NCBI GenBank assembly: GCA_016699815.1
Contig: CP065012.1
Span: 1,668,981 to 1,732,980 of the forward strand
Direction: 5' to 3'
DNA: 64,000 nucleotides
Source: Chitinophagaceae bacterium
GTDB lineage: Bacteria; Bacteroidota; Bacteroidia; Chitinophagales; Chitinophagaceae
Shown: one piece after another, positions 28,746-35,762 of the stretch
Numbering within the stretch: position 1 is the first letter of the stretch
Layout of the letters: every line of letters begins with the position of its first letter
Made by a program: the position numbers and the translations under genes
Notes under the pieces: model-generated
What the model saw: the letters and a program-made list of their open reading frames with translations, nothing else
Told to the model about the DNA's origin: nothing
Databases searched by the model: none

Positions 28746-29894
28746 TTAATTAGCGGCTATTTCAAAATTGGCAATTTTAAAAGATTTGCCGGTTTTAATG
28801 TTGGTTCTGCGCTCAACATTGCGCTTTAGTTTACGAAAGAAAACGCCTACTTTACTGCTCTTTACTTCATTTTCTTCCATCATTAATATTTTATCATTGT
28901 TGTTTTCTTCGGGTATTTCTTTAAAGATAGCCGCCTGGGCAAATTGTTCTTTTAAAGGGGTAATATTTTCATCAATAATATTTTTTGCGGCATTGCTGTT
29001 TACAATTGTGCCTTCATTTTTACCGGGTTGTATATTGGGTTCAACAGGCTTATTAAATGCAATTAACGCAGGTTCATTATTATTTTGGCTGCTTGGCGTA
29101 ATTTTTTGTTGTTGAATAAAATCCGGATGTTTTATTTTTCCCTGCTTTGTATTATTGGCAATAACCCTGTTGTTTACCGAAGTTGAAATTTTATTGTTAC
29201 TCACATTGAAACTGCTTTGTTCTATTACAGGTTCTGGCTTTGTACTGCTGTTATTATCGCCGGTAATTGCAGTATTTTCCTTTTTGTAAATTACCTGTGT
29301 ATTACTTTGCTTCGCTTGCGGTTTTGTATTATTGTTTTTTGAGCCTGAGTTGTTGTTATTTTGTACAAGCTCATTTTGTAGTTGTTTGTTAAATAGCCGG
29401 CCAGAATTTTTGATTTTTATACCCGCAAACAAACCTATGCCCAGCAATATGGCTGCTGCAGCCCAGCGTAAATATTTAAAGGAATATACCTTTGCCGCTT
29501 TGTGCCGGTATAAAACCGGTTTGTTATTAAATACATATTCATCGCCTGCCGCTAATTTTGTTTTTTTCAATAAAGCAAAGCTTGCAGCAATTTCTTTATC
29601 AAAACCAAGTAGCTTTGTTATTTCCTGGTTTAAATCGTCGCCTGCTTCGTTATCCAAATACAAGAGTAATTTTTCTTCCAGCGGCGAAATGTAGTCTTCT
29701 GCATTTACCAGTGTTGATTTATCAAAATGAAATTTTGCTGCTGGTAATTGCAGTTGTAAAATTTGAGAAAACTCTTCTTTCAAATCGGCGTTTTCTTCAA
29801 CAAATATTGCTACGGCTGTTTTTTCTGCATCCGAAAGTTCATTATCGGCATACAGCAAAAAAAAGCTTTCGTAATTATTGCGGTTAATTTCCAT
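28746..29894 (-). CDS. Membrane-anchored anti-sigma factor with duplicated anti-sigma-like domain and long disordered periplasmic linker
   Basis: N-terminal FLLYADNELS and LLLYLDNEAG repeats, a single TM (WAAAAILLGIGLFAGI), an Asn/Ser/Gln/Lys-rich linker; lies 4 nt downstream of an ECF sigma. Confidence 0.72.
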   Translation of the reverse strand: MEINRNNYESFFLLYADNELSDAEKTAVAIFVEENADLKEEFSQILQLQLPAAKFHFDKSTLVNAEDYISPLEEKLLLYLDNEAGDDLNQEITKLLGFDKEIAASFALLKKTKLAAGDEYVFNNKPVLYRHKAAKVYSFKYLRWAAAAILLGIGLFAGIKIKNSGRLFNKQLQNELVQNNNNSGSKNNNTKPQAKQSNTQVIYKKENTAITGDNNSSTKPEPVIEQSSFNVSNNKISTSVNNRVIANNTKQGKIKHPDFIQQQKITPSSQNNNEPALIAFNKPVEPNIQPGKNEGTIVNSNAAKNIIDENITPLKEQFAQAAIFKEIPEENNNDKILMMEENEVKSSKVGVFFRKLKRNVERRTNIKTGKSFKIANFEIAAN

Positions 29895-29898
29895 TTGG

Positions 29899-30381
29899 TT
29901 AAATAATGTTTTCTGTTTTTACAATATAGCTCCTCAGTTGCAGCCTTGCCCGGTGCAGGTACACTTTTACCTGGCTTTCATTTAGGTTCATTATCTCCCC
30001 AATTTCTGCATAATTGTATCCTTCATAATCTTTAAGCATTACCAGGCTCCTTTGCAACTCCGTAAGTTTGTTTAAAGCATGTTGTAATGCATCTTTTATA
30101 TGCTGCTGGCTGCTTGTACCCAGCGATTGTTCATTAAAGCTTTCTTTATGGCTTATCCTTTTCACTTTTCTAATATGGTCAATCATCTGGTTATAAGCAA
30201 TCGTAAATAAATAACTTTTGCTTTTATTCGTAATTACCTGGTGCCTGGTTACCCAAAGTTTTTCAAATGCCGTTTGAACAATATCTCTTGCATCTTCTTC
30301 ATGTTGCAGGTTTTTAACGATAAACCGGTACAGGTTATCTGCATATTGGTTTACACATTCGTTATATTCCCTTTCTGTCAT
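29899..30381 (-). CDS. ECF RNA polymerase sigma factor
   Basis: 160 aa; region 2 DIVQTAFEKLW...YLFTIAYNQMIDHIRK and region 4 LKDYEGYNYAEIGEIMNLNESQVKVYLHRAR. Confidence 0.93.
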   Translation of the reverse strand: MTEREYNECVNQYADNLYRFIVKNLQHEEDARDIVQTAFEKLWVTRHQVITNKSKSYLFTIAYNQMIDHIRKVKRISHKESFNEQSLGTSSQQHIKDALQHALNKLTELQRSLVMLKDYEGYNYAEIGEIMNLNESQVKVYLHRARLQLRSYIVKTENII

Positions 30382-30431
30382 AAAATAATTGGCCGGTAAA
30401 AATAATCCAGGTTCTACGTATTTATAGTTAT

Positions 30432-30456
30432 ACGATTGGTAAACCTTAAAAGTTAC
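30432..30456 (-). promoter_or_regulatory. Candidate ECF-type (autoregulatory) promoter
   Basis: Minus strand GTAAC-N17-CGT(ATA), matching the AAC/CGT pattern of ECF promoters, 50 nt before the sigma ATG. Confidence 0.45.
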
Positions 30457-30644
30457 AACTTAAAAATACCTTTTGTAATAAAATGCAATGGTGGATCGGC
30501 ATCGGGCAGGCATTTACTGCTGCAGTTTTGAACAGGTGTTTTTTCCACAGGAATAGCCTGTGGGCCGCTTTTTGATGATTGGTACCAAAAAAAGATAACG
30601 GCAAAAAAGAAGAGCAGAAACAATATTTTGCTGTTTTTACCCAT
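30453..30644 (-). CDS. Small single-TM protein (63 aa)
   Basis: MGKNSKILFLLFFFAVIFFWYQ...CSSKC...KGIFKL; basic N-terminus then a hydrophobic helix. Start placed at ATG 30644. Confidence 0.5.
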   Translation of the reverse strand: MGKNSKILFLLFFFAVIFFWYQSSKSGPQAIPVEKTPVQNCSSKCLPDADPPLHFITKGIFKL

Positions 30645-30780
30645 TGGGTTGTTAGTTGGCTTTGTAGCTATAACGAATATAAAGGTAAAAAGGTTACAGC
30701 CTTTTTCTGAAATGTTAAATAAAACGCAAATATGATGATTCAGAAAAGTGAAACTCAAAATTCAATAAGCTAATGTTCCT

Positions 30781-30788
30781 TAATTTTG
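30781..30788 (+). promoter_or_regulatory. -7 promoter element (TAATTTTG) upstream of kbl
   Basis: Exact TAnnTTTG. It overlaps the ORF-track TTG start, favouring the ATG at 30804. Confidence 0.55.
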
Positions 30789-30803
30789 GAAAAACCAACC
30801 GGT

Positions 30804-31991
30804 ATGAACCAAAAATTTGTTGAAAGATTGGCCACGGAAATTGATGAAATAAAATCTTCGGGTTTATTTAAAACCGAGCGCATTATTGCCAGCGAGCAGG
30901 GTGCGGAAATTATGGTAAACGGAAAAACTGTTTTAAATTTTTGTGCCAATAATTATTTGGGCCTTTCGGCTCATCCCAAAGTAATAGAAGCCGCAAAAAA
31001 ATATATTGATTACCGGGGATATGGTTTGAGTAGCGTAAGGTTTATTTGCGGCACGCAGGATATACATAAAGAGCTGGAACAAAAAATTTCATCTTTTTTA
31101 GGTACTGAAGATAGCATACTTTATGCAGCGGCTTTTGATGCCAATGGCGGCGTTTTTGAACCTTTGTTTAATGAGCAAGATGCCATTATAAGCGATGCAC
31201 TCAACCATGCATCCATAATAGATGGCGTAAGATTGTGCAAGGCACAGCGCTACCGCTATGAACATAATAATATGGCCGACCTTGAAGCAAAGTTAAAAGA
31301 GAGCAGCAGCCTGCGCAGCAGGATTATTGTAACCGATGGCTCCTTTAGCATGGATGGCACCATTGCACAATTGGATAAAATTTGCGACCTGGCAGATAAG
31401 TATGATGCCATTGTAATGATTGATGAATGCCACTCCTCCGGTTTTTTGGGAAAAACAGGAAGAGGTACGCATGAGTACCATGGCGTAATGAACCGTATTG
31501 ATATTATTACCGGCACATTGGGCAAGGCTCTTGGTGGCGCAAGCGGTGGCTTTACATCGGGCCGTAAAGAAATTATTGATATACTGCGGCAGCGCAGCAG
31601 GCCTTATTTATTTTCCAATACGGTGGCGCCAAGTATTGTGGGCGCTTCCATTGCGGTTTTAAATATGCTCAGCAGCACTACCGAGCTTAGAGACAAGCTG
31701 GAAGGCAACACAAAATATTTTCGAAGCAAAATGACCGCTGCCGGTTTTGATATTAAACCTGGCGACCATCCCATTGTGCCCATTATGCTTTACGATGCAG
31801 TGCTTGCACAAAATTTTGCAGCTAAACTTTTGGAAGAAGGGATTTATGTAATTGGTTTCTTTTTTCCGGTGGTGGCAAAAGGGCAGGCACGCATAAGAGT
31901 GCAGCTTAGCGCCGCACACAATCAGCAGCACCTGGATAAAGCCATTGCAGCTTTTACCAAAGTGGGCAAAGAGTTGGGCGTGTTACAATAA
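30804..31991 (+). CDS. kbl: Glycine C-acetyltransferase (2-amino-3-ketobutyrate CoA ligase)
   Basis: NFCANNYLGLS, SVRFICGTQ, DALNHASIIDG, PLP lysine TGTLGKALGG, RQRSRPYLFS, RIRVQLSAAH. Confidence 0.95.
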   Translation: MNQKFVERLATEIDEIKSSGLFKTERIIASEQGAEIMVNGKTVLNFCANNYLGLSAHPKVIEAAKKYIDYRGYGLSSVRFICGTQDIHKELEQKISSFLGTEDSILYAAAFDANGGVFEPLFNEQDAIISDALNHASIIDGVRLCKAQRYRYEHNNMADLEAKLKESSSLRSRIIVTDGSFSMDGTIAQLDKICDLADKYDAIVMIDECHSSGFLGKTGRGTHEYHGVMNRIDIITGTLGKALGGASGGFTSGRKEIIDILRQRSRPYLFSNTVAPSIVGASIAVLNMLSSTTELRDKLEGNTKYFRSKMTAAGFDIKPGDHPIVPIMLYDAVLAQNFAAKLLEEGIYVIGFFFPVVAKGQARIRVQLSAAHNQQHLDKAIAAFTKVGKELGVLQ

Positions 31992-32007
31992 TTTCAATAA
32001 ATTTTTT

Positions 32008-33390
32008 TTAGACCATTTGCAAAAGCGATTCTATGGATGGGGTATTAATATTGATATCGGCAAACTCCCTCAATACTTCATCCCTGGTGCAAAAAGAAAC
32101 GCCGAGGCCGCTTTTTATGATCATACATAAATCGTTGCGGCTGTCGCCCACGGCAACAATATTTTTTAAATCTACATGGTATTTTTCTGCAACCGAAAGC
32201 ATGGCATTGGTTTTACAAAAATTGTGGTTGCAAATACTTTTTTCGTTGCGAAAGAAAAAAGATGGCAGGTGCATTTCGCCATTGCAAATGCCATTGCTCA
32301 TTTGCAGTTCATTGGCCAATGAAAAATCGGCGCCAATTTTTAATTTTATGTGTTCGGTTATTAAAGTATAACTATCGCTAATGATGCCCACAATAAACCC
32401 CCGCTGCTTAAGCTCTTTTACTACCTGCTCAATATTGTTTACCAGCGCCATACTGTCGGCAATATCTATCAGTTCTTTATAAGATTTGCCCTGGAGCAGT
32501 TTGGCAATGGACTTGGTAAGGGCAATGCCATCGTTTTCAAATTCTTTTCTTAACTGCAACAGCTCTTTATCAAAGCCAAAATGTTCGGCGGCTTTGTGTA
32601 TAAACCTGCCCTGCAAAAGGGTGTCATCCATATCTAAAATGAGCATTTTTTGCAGGTGTTGTATGCTTGTTTTTACGGAGTAGCTCAGTTGCTCGGTAAT
32701 AAGGCCAAAGTCGCTTAAATCATCAAGGTTTAAGGAGCGCTTATAGTCTATGGCTTTTTTTAAAATGGCGGCGCTTACCTCTTTGCTCATTTTGCCAATT
32801 TGGTTCAAAGGGCGGCTCCGGTTTTCGAGGTGGCCTATATTTACCTGTTTTATCCTTGCACCTTTGCTGTACAAATCAATAAGTATGGAAACATCTACGC
32901 CATAATCGTTGGGTATGAGCAGGTCTTTTAAAATAGATTTTTTGCCGGCAATCATTCCGCTTAAGGGCTGGTCAAAGCCGGTAAGCTCAGGAAAAAAAAT
33001 ACTCAATAAAGGTTTGGCAACAAGCTCCGTTACCCTGCCGGCATTACGGGTAAAACTCGATTTTACAAAATCACATTCATCGTTAATGATGGGTGCAATT
33101 AATAGTTCCATCATGTTTTTGGGATAGGGATGTATATCGCCGTCAATAAACAGCAGTATTTCATTTTTGGCCAGCAGTATGCCTTCCCTCATAGATGCGC
33201 CCTTGCCCAGCCTGCTGCTGGCAAATACTTTGGCGCCGGCTTTTTTGGCAAGCACAACTGTATCGTCCACCGATTTATCATCTATTACCAATACTTCGGT
33301 AACCTTATCGCATAAAAAGGCACACTGTACTACAGCAGCAATGGTTTCCTGCTCATTTAATGTGGGGATTATTACTGATACCATAATCAT
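32008..33390 (-). CDS. Fusion of GpgS-like glucosyl-3-phosphoglycerate synthase and SerB-type HAD phosphatase
   Basis: N-terminal GT-A: IIPTLNE, IDDKS, GKGASM, IDGD, GRVTELVAKPLL, QPLSG, YGVDVSILID, NRSRPL. C-terminal HAD: LDMDDT, IISDS, K, GDSRND. Confidence 0.8.
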   Translation of the reverse strand: MIMVSVIIPTLNEQETIAAVVQCAFLCDKVTEVLVIDDKSVDDTVVLAKKAGAKVFASSRLGKGASMREGILLAKNEILLFIDGDIHPYPKNMMELLIAPIINDECDFVKSSFTRNAGRVTELVAKPLLSIFFPELTGFDQPLSGMIAGKKSILKDLLIPNDYGVDVSILIDLYSKGARIKQVNIGHLENRSRPLNQIGKMSKEVSAAILKKAIDYKRSLNLDDLSDFGLITEQLSYSVKTSIQHLQKMLILDMDDTLLQGRFIHKAAEHFGFDKELLQLRKEFENDGIALTKSIAKLLQGKSYKELIDIADSMALVNNIEQVVKELKQRGFIVGIISDSYTLITEHIKLKIGADFSLANELQMSNGICNGEMHLPSFFFRNEKSICNHNFCKTNAMLSVAEKYHVDLKNIVAVGDSRNDLCMIIKSGLGVSFCTRDEVLREFADININTPSIESLLQMV

Positions 33391-33561
33391 TAAAATTTTT
33401 CACTACAAAAAAGTAGCCGGTTAAACAATGGTTCAAAACAAAAAAAGGGTATTTCAAAAAAAATTAAGTAAAAGCAGGTAATGGCAGGCTATCTAAGATA
33501 CAAAATTTATGGGAAATGGATTTTTATAATTGCAGAAAAAAAATTTTGCTATTTAAAAAAT

Positions 33562-33582
33562 TGTTTCGACAAGGTCGAAACA
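33562..33582. promoter_or_regulatory. Perfect 9-bp inverted repeat in a divergent intergenic region
   Basis: TGTTTCGAC-aag-GTCGAAACA flanked by A6 and T runs. Confidence 0.4.
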
Positions 33583-33800
33583 TTTTTTCTTTTAAATAGT
33601 ACTGCTATGAAAAATTTAATCAGGCCCTCATTGATTCCCATATACTTCTTAGGGTATTATGAAAAAGCAATAAGGGAGGCTATTAGTATTACTTAGCGCT
33701 GCTGCAGTTCTATGCAGGCTGTAAAGCGTATAGTTGGTGGAAATGCCAGGGTTCTTCCACAAAAGGTGACAAGAATTTTATAACTTTAAAATTGAATAAA

Positions 33801-33959
33801 ATGAAAATTTCAAAACCCCAAAATTTTAATTGCTGGTCAATTGCATTATTTGCACTGACTATTATTTTTACTAGCTGTCAAAAACAAGAAATACTAAACG
33901 AACCCAGCCCTAACTTACAAAGCTCAAATATAGCAGGCCGTGAGGGAGAATACCGCTGA
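33801..33959 (+). CDS. Small lipoprotein or truncated lipoprotein remnant (52 aa, not in ORF track)
   Basis: MKISKPQNFNCWSIALFALTIIFTS-CQKQEILNEPSPNLQSSNIAGREGEYR*; A-rich upstream context and a typical Bacteroidota lipobox. Confidence 0.55.
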   Translation: MKISKPQNFNCWSIALFALTIIFTSCQKQEILNEPSPNLQSSNIAGREGEYR

Positions 33960-34025
33960 CTTGTCAAACACAACCACACACAGGTTTTTTGTTTTATTTG
34001 GGCAAAGAAAATTAACCAAAAAATT

Positions 34026-34039
34026 CCGGGCTATCCCGG
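34026..34039 (-). terminator. Terminator of tig
   Basis: Minus strand CCGGG-atag-CCCGG followed by AATTTTTT, just after the tig stop. Confidence 0.55.
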
Positions 34040-34062
34040 CATTTTCTTTTGAAAATTTTTTT

Positions 34063-35430
34063 TTAGTGTTGGTGGTTGTGCTGTATTGCTGTTAATTCTT
34101 CGGCGCTTACTATTTTTTCTACCGGGCTTATTTTAGATTCCAGCAATTCAAAAACTTTGTTGCTGGTAATTCTGCGGTAACTGGCCTCTACCTGTTTTTC
34201 ATCTTTCATCATACGGTCAATATAGCTGTCGAGCCAGCCCATATCGTTGTTCATATTCATTTGGCCAAAATAGCGCATCACTTCTTCCCTCATACTTTCT
34301 TTAATTTCTTCGGGTGTTGCTTCCAGTTTGTTATCCTGCGTAAGTTTATCGCTTATTAAGGTCCATTTTAACTGGTTGCTAAAGTTGGGCCATTCTGTTT
34401 CGGCCTGCTCTGCGGTTTTGGGCTGCTCGTTATTGGTTTGCATCCAGCGCTTTAAAAAATTTGCAGGGAACTCAATTGTAGTTTCCTCTACCAGGTAATG
34501 ATAAAGCTGGTCGTAAAATTGTGTGCGGCCCTGGTTGCTCCAGTATTGCTGTATTTCTTCTTTAATGGTATTGCGAAAATCTGCTTCGGTTTTTAAAATT
34601 TTGCCCGGGTATATTTCGTTAAAAAACGCTTCGTTCAACTCCCGTTTTTCTACAAGGCCAATTTTTACAATGCTTGCTTTAAAATATTTTTTTGCAGCAA
34701 GGGTATCGTTTTTTTCAAAACCTAAATCCTGCAGCATCATGTGCAGCTTATCGGTTTCAAAGGCTTTGCTGAGTTGAAAAACAATGCTATCCTCTTTCTT
34801 TTTGCCCATCAGGCTTTTTTGCAATGCTGCAGAAAAATATTTGAGCAGCACGGAATTTTCTTTGCTTATTCCGCCTTCTATTACATCGCCTGCTTCGGTA
34901 CATTCGGCAAATAAAATATTGATTACATTTTCCGGATTATCAATAATTTCAGGCTCGGTCATGTTGCCGCCTTTAATTTGCAGTCGGTTTACTTCTTCAT
35001 CTACCATATCGGCCGTGGCTTCCACTTTGTAATTAGTAAATTTTCCTTTGCTTAAATCGGCAATTTCAAAAGCCGGTTTTAACCCTATTTCAAAATCAAA
35101 TGAATAATCGGCCGGGTTGTTCATATCAAAAGCATCAATACTATTGACCAATGGCAAGGGCTGTGCAAAAATATCGGGCTGCTCAGCAGTGAGCCATTTG
35201 TGTAATTCGGCTTCGGCGCTGCGGATTACTTCTTCGGTAAAAATTCCCGTACCATACATTTTTTTAATCATGCCGGCCGGCACCATGCCTTTTCTAAAGC
35301 CTGGTATATTGGCCGTTTTGCCATATTGCTTTAATTTTTTTTCAAAAGAAGGCAAATAATCATCCTTACTTATTTTAACGGTAAGTTTGTCGTTGAGCAA
35401 ACCCAAATTTTCTCTTACTACTGTTGCCAT
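34063..35430 (-). CDS. tig: Trigger factor
   Basis: Ribosome-binding IPGFRKGMVP, FEIGLKPAF, LKWTLISDKL; adjacent to tRNA-Leu. Confidence 0.93.
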   Translation of the reverse strand: MATVVRENLGLLNDKLTVKISKDDYLPSFEKKLKQYGKTANIPGFRKGMVPAGMIKKMYGTGIFTEEVIRSAEAELHKWLTAEQPDIFAQPLPLVNSIDAFDMNNPADYSFDFEIGLKPAFEIADLSKGKFTNYKVEATADMVDEEVNRLQIKGGNMTEPEIIDNPENVINILFAECTEAGDVIEGGISKENSVLLKYFSAALQKSLMGKKKEDSIVFQLSKAFETDKLHMMLQDLGFEKNDTLAAKKYFKASIVKIGLVEKRELNEAFFNEIYPGKILKTEADFRNTIKEEIQQYWSNQGRTQFYDQLYHYLVEETTIEFPANFLKRWMQTNNEQPKTAEQAETEWPNFSNQLKWTLISDKLTQDNKLEATPEEIKESMREEVMRYFGQMNMNNDMGWLDSYIDRMMKDEKQVEASYRRITSNKVFELLESKISPVEKIVSAEELTAIQHNHQH

Positions 35431-35467
35431 AACTTGTAAAATTCTAAAATTTTAAAAAAAATAAAAA

Positions 35468-35529
35468 AAGTTGACCCGTTTTTGGTTGATTCTCCGGTTT
35501 CTGTAAATCAACTTTGCAACCTGTCAACT
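35468..35529. repeat. Inverted degenerate 8-mer arrays (GTTGA / TCAAC) between tRNA-Leu and tig
   Basis: aagttgac..ggttgatt versus aatcaact-ttgcaacc-tgtcaact. Confidence 0.45.
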
Positions 35530-35539
35530 CTTAAAAATG

Positions 35540-35621
35540 TGCGGATGATAGGGGTCGAACCTACATGGATTGCTCCGCCAGATCCTAAGTCTGGTGCGTC
35601 TGCCAATTTCGCCACATCCGC
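35540..35621 (-). tRNA. tRNA-Leu (anticodon TAG)
   Basis: GCGGATG acceptor stem, D-loop TGG, anticodon arm CCAGA-CTTAGGA-TCTGG, long variable arm, GTTCGA T-loop; CCA not encoded. Confidence 0.95.
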
Positions 35622-35631
35622 AAATGGGCTG

Positions 35632-35639
35632 CAAAATTA
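35632..35639 (-). promoter_or_regulatory. -7 promoter element (TAATTTTG) of tRNA-Leu/tig
   Basis: Exact TAnnTTTG 10 nt before the tRNA 5' end. Confidence 0.65.
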
Positions 35640-35762
35640 GGGGTTTCGGCCAATAATTCGCTAATAAAATGAGTTAATTTGATGAAAAATATGGCTTCAC
35701 TGTATTTTAATATTGAATTTGATTTTGAGCAAGTATATTTTTAAAGTAAATTCGTAAGAATC

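Noticed and set aside
33481-33696. 71-aa ORF in the intergenic region (internal ATG at 33607)
   Set aside because: Runs through AT-rich promoter-like DNA and the palindrome; no motif or signal peptide. Cannot be supported, though not strictly excluded.
35540-35621. tRNA-Leu as the integration site of a genomic island
   Set aside because: I found no duplicated tRNA 3' end or integrase, and the flanks are core genes (tig, relA).
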